From Octopus bimaculoides (Eukaryota): a stretch of DNA of 64,000 nt. The notes beneath the pieces were generated by a model that was not told where the DNA came from, made no database searches, and saw only the letters and a list, made by a program, of their open reading frames with translations. The stretch spans positions 34,451,621 through 34,515,620 of the forward strand of contig NC_068984.1 in assembly GCF_001194135.2 (NCBI RefSeq), given 5' to 3'. The position numbers and the translations under genes are program-made. This document shows, piece by piece, positions 1-12,767 of the stretch. Each line of letters begins with the position of its first letter. Position 1 is the first letter of the stretch.

Positions 1-163
1 ATATCAAGATAAACAGCACAATATCTTACAGGTGGGGCGCAGTTAGAATTTTCTTCAGGGTGAGTAGCCCAACTCGCTTAAAAGGTCCCTGAATAAGGGT
101 TGTTTAAGGATGATGAACAACACGCCCATGTTTCAAGAGGTAGATTATCAAACATTTCCAACA

Positions 164-214
164 GGGACGATAAAATAAAGTACCAGATGAGCACTGGTGT
201 CGCTGTAATCGACT
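164..214 (+). mobile_element. SINE internal fragment (same family as 25016-25252)
   Basis: gggacgataaaataaagtaccagatgagcactggtgtcgctgtaatcgac aligns by eye to ggggtcaataaattaagtaccagttacgcactgaggccgatgtaatcgac at ~25132-25181. Confidence 0.6.
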
Positions 215-340
215 CCAATCTGTCCTCAAATTAGAAAGAAAATTTTATTTCATTTTGGTTGTTGTTGCTATTTATTTTAGAGGAAAACTTTGAGTGTATG
301 TGGCGGGTAAGCTAAAAGAGAGCGAGAATGTGAGAGAAAG

Positions 341-372
<32 letters not shown>

Positions 373-570
373 AGGAGAGAGTGGGACAAAGAATTAGAAA
401 GAAAGTGTAAAAGAAAGAGTGAACGTTATAATGAATGAGTACGTACTTTGTACATTCAATTATGTGGCACCATGTTCGTTCAATATGAAAATTATCTTAT
501 TCATCAGGTAAACAATTCGAGGAATATATGTTGTCCCCGATGGGAAAATCCGTTATATATATATATATAT

Positions 571-1258
571 NNNNNNNNNNNNNNNNNNNNNNNNNNNNNN
601 NNNNNNNNNNNNNNNNNNNNNNNNNNNNNNNNNNNNNNNNNNNNNNNNNNNNNNNNNNNNNNNNNNNNNNNNNNNNNNNNNNNNNNNNNNNNNNNNNNNN
701 NNNNNNNNNNNNNNNNNNNNNNNNNNNNNNNNNNNNNNNNNNNNNNNNNNNNNNNNNNNNNNNNNNNNNNNNNNNNNNNNNNNNNNNNNNNNNNNNNNNN
801 NNNNNNNNNNNNNNNNNNNNNNNNNNNNNNNNNNNNNNNNNNNNNNNNNNNNNNNNNNNNNNNNNNNNNNNNNNNNNNNNNNNNNNNNNNNNNNNNNNNN
901 NNNNNNNNNNNNNNNNNNNNNNNNNNNNNNNNNNNNNNNNNNNNNNNNNNNNNNNNNNNNNNNNNNNNNNNNNNNNNNNNNNNNNNNNNNNNNNNNNNNN
1001 NNNNNNNNNNNNNNNNNNNNNNNNNNNNNNNNNNNNNNNNNNNNNNNNNNNNNNNNNNNNNNNNNNNNNNNNNNNNNNNNNNNNNNNNNNNNNNNNNNNN
1101 NNNNNNNNNNNNNNNNNNNNNNNNNNNNNNNNNNNNNNNNNNNNNNNNNNNNNNNNNNNNNNNNNNNNNNNNNNNNNNNNNNNNNNNNNNNNNNNNNNNN
1201 NNNNNNNNNNNNNNNNNNNNNNNNNNNNNNNNNNNNNNNNNNNNNNNNNNNNNNNNNN
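571..1258. other. Assembly gap (one of ~14; others at 4706-4991, 5968-6219, 12485-12709, 13653-14298, 26388-26404, 32948-33489, 36205-36214, 41564-41630, 47408-47663, 49967-50044, 53903-54088, 56175-56213, 60684-60911)
   Basis: N runs, mostly bounded by (TA)n. Confidence 0.98.
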
Positions 1259-1462
1259 ATATATATATATATATATATACACTCACTCTCTCTCTATGTG
1301 TATATATATATAAATATTTATACATATATATATTTACAGGTGTGTGGCTATTTGTATATCTGTGTGTGAATCTGAATGTATTCACAATAAGTATTTTTGA
1401 CACGAATTTGTCAAAAATACTTATTTTATCGTATAACCGTGTTGTTGTTGTTGTGCTGTTGT

Positions 1463-1520
<58 letters not shown>

Positions 1521-1546
1521 GCTACTACTACTACTACTACTACTAC
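1463..1546. repeat. (CTA)n microsatellite preceded by short (GTT)n
   Basis: Directly visible; explains the poly-L/poly-Y ORFs. Confidence 0.95.
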
Positions 1547-2329
1547 GTCACTATTCATTCTGTGCTACGTTTATTTTTACAGTGTTTGCTGGGAGCTATT
1601 ATTTCTTTTGAAATTTATTGTATCAATAATATTTTTCAAAACATGTTTGCAGTGTCTGTTTTTTTCCCCATGTATGTCATATGTATATGCGTAACATCTT
1701 CTGTTTATACTTATATATTCCTGACACACACTCTGTAATGCGCAGATCATTTCATTTTTATTTTTCAAAATCCCACATTTTTGAATATTTATATTCCCAT
1801 GTTTTGTTTTTATCTTCTATTTATAATTTTTCTCTTGTTCTTTTAAACATATTGCTGTCAGCTGAACTTGAAATATCTGTCAGGAGACATTTTCATTTTA
1901 CTTGATGTTCCTTAAGAGAGAAGAAAAAAAAAAATCTATATTGTTTGAATTTTTCTCTTTGTATGAACCGGTTTTCAAGAATATAGTCACATTGTTATTT
2001 TCTGATGCATTTTGCAATAGTTGTATCACCTCTGATACTGACATAATTTCCAGTTCATAAATTTAAAATCATCGACATATGCGTCATTATTATCACCACA
2101 TGATCATCACAGTCGTCGTCATTGACGTAGACACTTTGTCATCGTTAACATCATCATTATTTTTCAAGAAATTTTCATGCGACTTCTCCTATGCACTTCC
2201 GTCTTCCTGAATTATGTGCAGCATTGTCATTTTGAACTGGCAGATGGCGCTTTTTTTATGTTTTCTGTGTTTCGCTTTGTCATGGAATTAAGACTAATAT
2301 ATTTCTTGTTAATTTAGCATTTCACTTGT

Positions 2330-2800
2330 TTACCGTGTTTTCTATTTTTATGGAAAATGCTTTGGATGCTAATTTCATAGAACATTCACTATGCAGCGGG
2401 TTGCTAGAGCATCAGATGCCTATTATTCGTAGTACGTTGTAGGAATCGTTATACCCTAGTAAGATAAGAATACATTTGTCTTGTCCTTGGAACTGTTTAT
2501 CTTCAATATTGGTAAAGTTTTCCGTCTCTTTGACTGGATATATTATTATCTGCTGATCAAGTCACATTAATATGTGTACAAAATCTGGTAGTCTCTGTTT
2601 TAAAGCAGTATCATGTCGGTTTGCTTTGGCGCCATATCTCTGCAATTACAAGTCATTGATGATCATGACGTGTGTATTTTCCAACAATGTCTCTGAGGGA
2701 TGCTTCTACTGTTTTTCAGCTGCTATTGCTTCAATTCACTGAATTTCTAGAAGCATCAGTTAGTCATCACGATACATATCATATTTTGAAGTATTGGTAA
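2330..2800 (-). mobile_element. Heavily decayed Penelope-like reverse transcriptase remnant
   Basis: Manual minus-strand translation from 2780: DMYRDD*LMLLEIQ*IEAIAAEKQ*KHPSETLLEN..., resembling the Penelope RT catalytic segment (G-x-Y-R-D-D-G-L) and the following helix; many stops and frameshifts. Confidence 0.45.
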
Positions 2801-4012
2801 CTTATAGTTACCTTGGCATAATATAGATAATTATATCATCACGATTATTAACAGTTTGATTCAGTTTCTTGTAGTATCCTTTTAGTAGAAACACTGGTTT
2901 CCATCAGAAATTAGCAGGAGTTGGGTTTAAAACGTTAGACACTTCGCTGTAAAATTTACTCTCTTAAATGTTTTTGCATCAAGTCTTCAGTTGATAGACT
3001 TGGATTCATAACATTACTTATTCATTTATTTCTTTATTTAGCAATCGAATTTATTCAGACGTTGTATTTATTCAGACATTCATTCTATCGAATGCCTCTT
3101 ACTTATAGTTTAATTATGTATTTTTCTTCTATTGTTTTACCAGTGCTTATATATTTTTCTTTTATTGTTCTATCTGTTGATTCTGGTATGATTAACACTA
3201 AGTGTGAGTTTATATTTATTGAAGCGTATACAGTTAGAATACATATAATCTGCTAGATATTTCTATTCTTCCAGTGTATTGAATTGTAATTCATTAGTTT
3301 CCTTGTTTTTTAAGCTACTTCTAATTAATATAGAATCCTTTGTTTCTAAACCATGAAAAACTGCTCCAGACACTACTTCGATATATCTCTGAACATTCCA
3401 TAACGAGATCAACGAGAGTTTGTCACTGGAAATTGCATATAATATTTTGCAAGTGGAATGAGTTTTCACCACTAGCTGGTGATTAATACACGCTGAAGAC
3501 ACAGAATGCGTGCAGTTAGCCAGATGGAAGAGATATCCTCCCGGGGCTATAAGCGTCAGTAGCACTGTCCTTTATAGGACGCCACACTTGGTTGGCAATT
3601 ATATGCTACGATTCCGTATTGCTACTGTTTATATCACGGTCAGATATTTAATATAGCTTATTTCTCCTTTTTCGAGATGAACAACTGTTTGTAGCTGGAA
3701 AAAAGCATATAGCATTCTGCGAGTGGAATGAGTTTTCATCACTAGCTTGAGATTAACACATGCTGAGCACGGGTAACCACCCAGAAACTCGAATCCGTAT
3801 GTATCATGTAAGGCTAGAGATGGGAGCGATGACCTCCCCTCGCAAATACTAATCGGACACAGAATGCGTGCTGTTAGCCAGCTGGAAGAGATGTCCTCCC
3901 GGGGTTATAAACGTCAGTTGACTGCTAACACTACAGATTTATGTTGGATATTGTCTCCTATAATGACCTCAGTGTGTTGCGTTTCTGAGATTTTAATAAG
4001 AATGTTTAATAA

Positions 4013-4073
4013 GGCGGTGAGCTGGCAGAAGCGTTTAGCACGCCGGGCGAAATGCTTAGCAGTGTTTCGTCTG
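4013..4073 (+). mobile_element. SINE 5' head, truncated
   Basis: ggcggtgagctggcagaagcgtttagcacgccgggcgaaatgcttagcagtgtttcgtctg is near-identical to the start of the full copy at 25017-25077. Confidence 0.85.
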
Positions 4074-4081
4074 TACACACA

Positions 4082-4126
<45 letters not shown>

Positions 4127-4186
4127 GATTGTGTATACGCATACACACACACACACACATATATATATATATGATTGTGTATACAC

Positions 4187-4218
<32 letters not shown>

Positions 4219-4245
4219 GATTGTGTATACACACACACACATATA
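4074..4245. repeat. Compound CA/TA minisatellite with a recurring tgattgtgtatac spacer (3 units of ~40-45 bp)
   Basis: atatatatgattgtgtatac(g/a)catacacacacacac recurs at ~4118, ~4162 and ~4210. Confidence 0.85.
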
Positions 4246-4298
4246 TGTATGTATATCTATCTTGTATCTTCTATATTTTACTAATTTCAGTTATTAGA

Positions 4299-4672
4299 CT
4301 GTGGCCATGCTACAGCAGCATCTTCAGTTCTTCAGTCGAATGGGTCAACCCCAGTACTTATTTTTTTAAAGCCTGGTACTTATTCTATCGTCTATTTTGC
4401 CCTACCGCTATGTTACGGGGACGTAATCACATCAACACCGGTTGTCAAGTGATGATAGGAGTACTACAAACACAAACACAAAGAAACACATAGACATATA
4501 GATATATATACATATATACATACGACGGGATTCTTTGAGTTTCCGTCTACCAAATCTACTCACAAGGCTTTGGTCGGCCCTGTAGTAGAAGACGATTGCC
4601 CAAAGTGCCACGTAGTTGAACATGAACACGGAAGCATGTGATTGGGAAGGGAAGCAAGCTTCTTATTACCGC

Positions 4673-4676
<4 letters not shown>
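4299..4676 (-). mobile_element. tRNA-derived SINE (second family), decayed, with internal CA/TA tract
   Basis: The plus strand carries ...gagtttccgtctaccaaatctactcacaaggctttggtcggccc...cccaaagtgccacgtagttgaacatgaacacggaagcatgtgattgggaagggaagcaagcttctt, whose reverse complement reads as a tRNA-like head with a B-box-like segment. Family recognised from memory of octopus repeats. Confidence 0.7.
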
Positions 4677-4705
<29 letters not shown>

Positions 4706-5049
4706 NNNNNNNNNNNNNNNNNNNNNNNNNNNNNNNNNNNNNNNNNNNNNNNNNNNNNNNNNNNNNNNNNNNNNNNNNNNNNNNNNNNNNNNNNNNNNNN
4801 NNNNNNNNNNNNNNNNNNNNNNNNNNNNNNNNNNNNNNNNNNNNNNNNNNNNNNNNNNNNNNNNNNNNNNNNNNNNNNNNNNNNNNNNNNNNNNNNNNNN
4901 NNNNNNNNNNNNNNNNNNNNNNNNNNNNNNNNNNNNNNNNNNNNNNNNNNNNNNNNNNNNNNNNNNNNNNNNNNNNNNNNNNNNNNNNNNNTATATATAT
5001 ATATATATATATGTATGTATATATATAAAAATAAATTTATATATATATG

Positions 5050-5929
5050 CAGGATGGGTTGACAGTAACTAGGTATAAGCAATTACTTATAGAATTTTTA
5101 GTATCACTGAAGTCATGACGAAGACATGTTTTAAACAAACAACAGTAATGTGGACTTTATATTCTTTAACCTGTTATTTCCTATTTTCCAGACGGCCGCT
5201 CGCTTGACTGTTCAGGAGCGAGCTAAGATAGGAGCATGCTATGAAGTGCGTAATTCCATTGTTTTGGTTCAGAGATGCTGGCGTACATGGAAAGGTAAGC
5301 ATGCAACACTATACCTGGAGTCAATAAAAAAATTTCATGAAAAGCTGATGACCACAGGCTCTGTGAATGATGCAAGAAGTGGCCAGACAACCATATCCCG
5401 ATAAACGAAGAAAGGGGCACCAGCGTAGGACATATTTAACTGTAGCCCAGAGATTTCAATACGTTGAATTTTGAAGACTAACAAGACATACAATGCGTGC
5501 GTTGTTGCATAAAAAATTGAATTTTCGTCTGTGAAAACCCTATTACCTGCAGGCGCTAAAACCTGAAGACTGTGACCGTAAAAGTTCAGAAATCCAGAAG
5601 TGTAAGAAGTCCAGATCTCACTCCATGTGATTTTTACTTGTGAAATTACACAGACAAAACCTTGCACACTGGAGGACTTGCAGGACACGGATTCAGTAGG
5701 TTCTCAATGATATCCCCGACGACGTTCTTCAGAAGGTCGTTCATTCCATCCCTGGCCATTTGAGGAAACTGGTTGATGCCACCAGTGCTTATGTTGAAAT
5801 ATATGAAGATTTACTTTCATTTTCTCATGTAATAAAGAACATATATCATTTGTTTCAATAAATTTGTAAAAGAAATATGGATTTTTTTATTATCAATTTT
5901 TAATGCCTACTTACTTTTCGCCCACCCTG
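5050..5929 (+). mobile_element. Internally deleted Tc1/mariner-superfamily (DDxD-type) DNA transposon
   Basis: Imperfect ~30-bp terminal inverted repeats (caggatgggttgacagtaactaggtataa at 5050 versus the reverse complement of ttaatgcctacttacttttcgcccaccctg ending 5929), flanked by TG/TA. N-terminal HTH-like peptide RLTVQERAKIGACYEVRNSIVLVQRCWRTWKGKHATL...KLMTTGSVNDARSG (ORF 5150-5404), RSPDLTPCDF at 5605-5634, and C-terminal DIPDDVLQKVVHSIP. Confidence 0.8.
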
Positions 5930-5936
5930 TATATGT

Positions 5937-5967
<31 letters not shown>

Positions 5968-6454
5968 NNNNNNNNNNNNNNNNNNNNNNNNNNNNNNNNN
6001 NNNNNNNNNNNNNNNNNNNNNNNNNNNNNNNNNNNNNNNNNNNNNNNNNNNNNNNNNNNNNNNNNNNNNNNNNNNNNNNNNNNNNNNNNNNNNNNNNNNN
6101 NNNNNNNNNNNNNNNNNNNNNNNNNNNNNNNNNNNNNNNNNNNNNNNNNNNNNNNNNNNNNNNNNNNNNNNNNNNNNNNNNNNNNNNNNNNNNNNNNNNN
6201 NNNNNNNNNNNNNNNNNNNTATTTGTGTGTGTGTGTGTGTGTGTGTGTACATATATATGTGTATGCGTATATATATATATAGTTACGTTAGATATATTCC
6301 AATAGATAGTAAGTTTGTATCTGTCAATTTGCTATAACTACAAAATTATTTAGGATGCTATCTTTTTTGGCAGACAATAAGTTACGTGAATTTAAGAATT
6401 TCCATTAAATTGTAGAGATAAAAGAAACAATAATCTTCATAATTATTTTGATTA

Positions 6455-6637
6455 CGTTCATCATCATCGTCGTTGTCATCATCATCATCATCATTATCAA
6501 CACCATCATCACCAGCAGCAGCATCATCATTGTCGTCGTCATAACCATTGTGGTCGTCATCTTCATCCTCCTCAACATCGGTATTGTTGTCGTCGGCATC
6601 GTCAACAACAACAGCAACATTTTCCTCAACAACAAAC

Positions 6638-6670
<33 letters not shown>

Positions 6671-6672
6671 GC
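6455..6672. repeat. Degenerate mixed (CAT)/(CGT)/(CAA) trinucleotide array
   Basis: Directly visible; explains the low-complexity ORFs at 6382-6711. Confidence 0.9.
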
Positions 6673-7159
6673 AATATTACCAGACGACACTTGACCTCTA
6701 CGTTCTTCTGATATTTGCGATGTGGTACAATAATTGAAATCTACTTCTGCTCAGATGAAAGGAAAATCTAGACCAGAATCAACATTGATTGATATGACAA
6801 TAAAGCTAAAGGAAGCGATTTTAATGTCAAATATATATTTAAAAAAATATATATCGTTCCATCTATCTGCAACAAAAGAGTCGCAGAGATTATAATAGTA
6901 GCACCATAGTAATTCCATTACTCTCCATCTGAAAACTGATCCTAGTCAATGGCTTAAACATGATAGATAAAATAGTGGCCGAATTTATTCTACAGTAAAT
7001 TATCATATTGGTAATTTACGAAACAATGGCCTCTAGCGATGGCTGCTAGTGCACATTAAGTATTGCTTCTTTAACAAAGCATTGCTTTTACAAAAATTGC
7101 CTTCAGCTCCTGTCTCCGTACGTTCATCTAGTACACACACACACACACATACACACATT

Positions 7160-7201
<42 letters not shown>

Positions 7202-9363
7202 CACACATGCACACACGCACGCACACACATTCACAGACACACTCTGCACATAAAGACCTCAATATAATATGAATAGAAGGACGTCTCTTTTATTGATAAA
7301 TGAAAGTTTGGGTTGGAAATGTCAGGAGCAAATTTTAACAAAAGGGCTATTATATTTATCAGTTGTTATAGAGATCCGGAACAATTGCTGATATAAACGG
7401 ACCACCGTCACCACAATACCACAAGTGGCTATCATTGTTGTCTCTGGGTTTAGGTTGGTATAAAAAGTAGATAAAATCAGACGTGCTCACGCACATATCA
7501 TAGTTAGGCTTACCCAGCATTTGGGTGTTTGTGTACGTCATTAAACGGTCTTTCGAGTCAACATGTGAAAGCGAATATGACCAAGTCGAAAATAATTTTT
7601 CCAAGTCGCAGTGTTTGAGTTATTCTGAAGTTAAATGTTTCTGTGGAACCAGACGTCATGGAAGATAGTGGCAATAAAAGTTTCATACATTCAATTGTTT
7701 TAGTCTCCCTCTTGGTGTATCTCCTTTTCTAAGATTATTGGTATGGCGTTAAGTGCCATCTAAGTCTACCGTTTCCAAGACTCCATTCGAATATAATTAT
7801 TCTCACCAGGGCTGATGTATCATCAGGTACTCTCTTGAAATTTGAAGAAATAGTACTTCTTCTATAGGGTGGTATGGATAGGAGAAGCAACCTTTCAATG
7901 CTCTTTGCCTACTATTAAAAGTTGTTCAGAGTCGTGAATACAGATTTTATTTTGCCTGTCAGAAGTACAAATAAACAGTAACAGATGTTAGATCACAGTC
8001 ACCTGAATAAGATGCTATTTCAAGTCTATTGAGGTGGGAGTTAATTGAAATGTAAATCTAGGACATAAAGTGAAATTGCTATAGTGTAACCAAAACTACG
8101 ATGAATTTTCAAATTTGTCATATTAAGAAAGAGCAGCTGAGCGGATATATAGTGCAACAAAGTAATGCACTTAATGACGTCCAGAAATATTGGATTGTAC
8201 ATGAAGAAAATCAGAGCGATGCCTCACTAGCCTGCGAGTATTATTTCATCTCAGGGGAATGAACCTCAAAACCTACTAGAAGGGTCGGATTCATACAGAA
8301 GCAGGCATTTCAGAGAATACTGATCTATGTCACACGTAAATCAGACCTCATCATTGCATCTGTCTTCGAAATGAATAAAAATCTGGTAGATATTATGTCC
8401 TCAGTCTATTCTAATATCTTTTCACACTAATGTGGATAGCTAGAAAAAGGCCTACATAATTCTCAGTGTTGTTGAGGGAAGTTCAGAAGATGACTTCGGT
8501 ATTATTATCGAACTTAACTCTTCGGGTATGAGGAGGAAGTCAGTGGCAGTTGGAATCCCTACTCATAGCGACGGAGGACAATTCTGAGCTAGCTCATAAT
8601 ACACTGATCAAGAAGAGTGTATAACTTTGAATATGGCTCTCACTCCGATAACACAAAACAGAATGAATTATCTCTGACTTGCAAGCAGTGGAGACATGTC
8701 TATTGTCCTTTTGCTTCAAATGGCTTAGTTCATGGAACTGTTGCAACAAATAAGTGAGATTCGTTCCGAGAGACAAGTAAAAGGAACCCTCAAGACAGTA
8801 AAGTATATCTAGAAAAAGGTTTGGATGAAGCTTGGAGCGCAAATGGGGTATGCTGTAAAAATGCAAAACAGGCTTTCGTTATATGAGGGCGAACAGAAAG
8901 GAGAACTGATCGGTATCAACGTTTCCTTAATGCAGATAAGAAGGCATTGGTGGTTTGCCTCCAGAATATCCCTAAGTTGAAGAAGAAAGGAATAAGGGCC
9001 TATGATTCTCCTGTGTTTGATGCACGAGAAAAGATGGTAACAAATTATAATATTTCTGGTGGTGATTAGTAATCACACGGGTATTCACTGAGAAGGAGAC
9101 TTTGCTTTCTAGCATTTACAATATTATCGAGAAGGAACATGCCACTGAAATGGTCAAAGAAAATTTGGTAGCTCGTTATTCAACAGCACGCGAAAGCTGA
9201 GAAGAATAATACGAAATTTTAAATATGGCGTTCAGAAGGGAATATAATGAAAAGTGTTGATACAAGGCACACTCTGTTGAAGAATCTCATATGTAACCCG
9301 AACTCTGCTTCGCGACAATGAATTAACCGAGTTTTCACAGATCCCCAATTGATTAGTCTACGC

Positions 9364-9747
9364 GGTGTAGGCACAATGGCCCAGTGGTTAGGGTAGCGGA
9401 CTCACGGTCATAGGATCGCGGTTTCGATTTCCAGACCGGGCGTTGTGAGTGTTTATTGAGCGAAAACACCTAAAGATCCACGAGGCTCCGGCAGGGGATG
9501 GTGGCGAACTCTGCTGTACTCTTTCACCACAACTTTCTCTCACTCTTACTTCCTGTTTCTGTTGTGCCTGTAATTGAAAGAGTCAGCCTTGTCACACTGT
9601 GTCACGCTGAATATCCCAGAGAACTACGTTAAGGGTACACGTGTCTGTGGAGTGCTCAGCCACTTCCATGTTAATTTCACGAGCAGGCTGTTCCGTTGAT
9701 CGGATCAACTGGAACCCTCGACGTCGTAAGCGACGGAGTGCCAACAC
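9364..9747 (+). mobile_element. Full-length tRNA-derived SINE (third family) with ~10-bp TSD
   Basis: A-box-like tggcccagtggt and B-box-like gtttcgatttcc; high similarity along its length to 51283-51673; flanking direct repeat agtctacgcg (9355-9364) / agtctatgcg (9748-9757). Confidence 0.9.
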
Positions 9748-11400
9748 AGTCTATGCGACAAAAAATAACCTTGAAAAGTGGCAGAGCTGCTGAGATGATG
9801 GAGTCTTCTAATAGGTGATTCCACTCCTCAACAAAGTACAGGATTTTATCAAATAAGTCTATGATGTAATGAAAGAAATAAATGATTGCTAATTGTTCAC
9901 TAATTCTATTCTTAGCTATAACATCTAGTTAGTTCTATGGACACTGGCGTATTTGCGATTTAAGTAGCCTGGACAACGAGAGAATTGCAAGGATGTGAAA
10001 TGACATGTCCTCTGGATACTTGAGTAACGAACCTGAGTTTCAGCGCAGCCAGCTTTAACCTTCTCGGAGCCGGAAAAGAAAATATATAACCGAATAACGG
10101 TTATTTTAACCTGTACGCTCTTTCTACCGCACTCAAATACACACTGAACATATTTTTATTGATTGATTTTCGAAACAAATACACATTCAGAATTCGGAAC
10201 TCAACATCAAATAAAAGTTATAATCAGATCTGAAATTGAAATCTTTTGATTGTTAACGATGAGAATTACATTTGACATACTTTGACTGCTATAAGATTTG
10301 AAACATTGTAAAAGTGGTTCTAGGAAGAATTTGACAAGCTTACATCAATGGTCATAAATTCTGAAATTGACAGGAATGTTTCAACAAACTTTCACCGTTC
10401 GATATTGCATTGGATGTACAGCCATACTGAAACTGACGTTGAACATCTGAAATCAATCACAGAACATAAATCGGTACTCAAATTGATCTCTAGTACAAAA
10501 AAATATGTCCTGTACTGTTTGCATATTTATAATTGTTATAGCCGACATCGGAAATTTTAAATACTCGAGGAGAGGTGTGGCGACATTTTAACGAATAATG
10601 AAGTGCGATTAGTATGTTTTACAGATAGAAGATATATATAAGCATATTTGTAAATATACATGGGTGTCGGTGATTATATGTCTTATATCCTTTAGAATAT
10701 TTGGCATGAAAGGAAATTCCTGAAGATTTCATTTGTTATAGTTGTTGTTCAACTGAAGGTCTTCCCTGACTTAGTCGTTCTCGGATTTATTCATAGACTT
10801 CCGGAACTATTGTGTGAGATAAAGTATCAAGGAATGCATTAAACACTCACTATATTATGCTGGGTATCTGAGAAAATAACTGAATACTCAGTCACTACCC
10901 TATTATTTCATTGCATGAAAGAGACAATCAGTTGGAGTTGGCAACTTAATCAGTTTTATTTCCTTGAAAGAACATCATATTTCACATTTCTTTACATCGA
11001 GTTGCGTAGTTTCAAAATGAATGAATGCCAGTTTCCACATCACTCTCCATGTTGTAACAGACCAAGCAGGTAACTTACGTAATGTAAAATTGTTGAGATT
11101 TTTAATATCTAATCCGCTCTAAACCACTGAGTTACCAATATTGAGATGTGTTACTCTTCTCTACACAACATGAATTTGTAAGTAAATGCAGTGGCAAGTA
11201 TGTAATAAACAAAAGTTTTGTTAGATTGCAGCGATGAGTTTAGCCTTAATACTGACTTATTGAAGGTCCTTGTAAGAGCTTTAGGAGTTTAAATTGGTTG
11301 GTAAGTGTTCCGCTGCATCAGAATAATCTCTCCATTTTTTTAGTTCAATCTCAATACGAGGTTTCAAGAATCACAAGACTACAAATGTCCACACATGCAC

Positions 11401-11401
<1 letters not shown>

Positions 11402-11444
<43 letters not shown>

Positions 11445-11476
11445 CGAGGGAGAGAGGGAGAGAGAGAGAGAGAGAG
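11402..11476. repeat. (AG)n microsatellite
   Basis: Directly visible. Confidence 0.95.
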
Positions 11477-12709
11477 TTTCGAACAGAAACTGACGAGCGA
11501 GCACACTCAAAAACAAACTCAAGTACTGAGAGTCATAAGCATTTTGTCTCCTTAATTGCAAAACGTCTAAAGTTAGACTATTTGTGATCATGTGCTCGTA
11601 TACCTGTATGTATGTACACACATATATAGACACACACGCACACATCAACTAATACACACACATACACACACGTAAATATATGCGTATATAAGGCCGTTGG
11701 TATAAGTCAGGAGTAAAATAAGTCGGCTAATGAGAAGACAAAGAGAGAGAGAGAATAATTGAAAACCCAACCGTCTGCTAGGCTTCGTTTAGATGGACAG
11801 AAAGAGATTAATTTTTCGACGCAAGTCTGAATATTATAGATTTGACACAGAATTAAAACGAATCGAGAGAGATGGAATTAAACGGAGATTATTTTACATA
11901 ATAAATATGATATATCGCCAGAAAATTGAAGTTTCTATCTTTATTATCTATTTCTCACCATCACTGACTCAGTCACTGCTTAAATTCATCTGACACATAT
12001 TAGCACACACACACACACACATATTCAAACATACATACACACACACACGCGCACACACGTTCATATCTACATATGTTGGAGTGTGTGTCTGTAAACATTC
12101 ATGTTTTAAAATCTGAATAGCATTCATGTTAGTGGTGGGTAAAATATTTAATATTCTGAAAATATCTCATTAGATTTTCTTTGATCGTGTAGTTTTATTT
12201 GCTCTCATTCTCACTTTGTACGTTATGTACACTTTATCACATTCATCTTTCGCGTCTTTTTTAAATCTCTCTTTTCCTCTCACTCCTGATTTTACATACA
12301 CACTCACACACAAACACACACTCCTCAATCTCATACAAATATGAACATACACACACACGTACATATATATAGTTATAAACATAGATATATGTATGTATAT
12401 ATATATGTTTTTATACATATATATGTATGTGTGAATATATATATGTATATATATGTATCCTTATATATAATCATGTTTATATATNNNNNNNNNNNNNNNN
12501 NNNNNNNNNNNNNNNNNNNNNNNNNNNNNNNNNNNNNNNNNNNNNNNNNNNNNNNNNNNNNNNNNNNNNNNNNNNNNNNNNNNNNNNNNNNNNNNNNNNN
12601 NNNNNNNNNNNNNNNNNNNNNNNNNNNNNNNNNNNNNNNNNNNNNNNNNNNNNNNNNNNNNNNNNNNNNNNNNNNNNNNNNNNNNNNNNNNNNNNNNNNN
12701 NNNNNNNNN

Positions 12710-12767
<58 letters not shown>

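Noticed and set aside
448-1611. Long ORFs spanning N runs (also at 4.6-5.1, 5.9-6.3, 12.3-12.8, 32.8-33.7, 47.3-47.9, 53.8-54.1 and 60.6-61.2 kb)
   Set aside because: Open only because of Ns and (TA)n/(CA)n repeats; no coding evidence.
7385-7420. WYCGDGGPF resembling a serine-protease GDSGGP or integrase DGGPQF motif
   Set aside because: The catalytic Ser is absent and there is no flanking domain context; treated only as part of the unexplained 7.4-9.3 kb block.
9364-9440. tRNA-like sequences at SINE heads (also 25016, 51283, 58268)
   Set aside because: They have A/B-box-like motifs but no complete cloverleaf, and they continue into SINE bodies; not tRNA genes.
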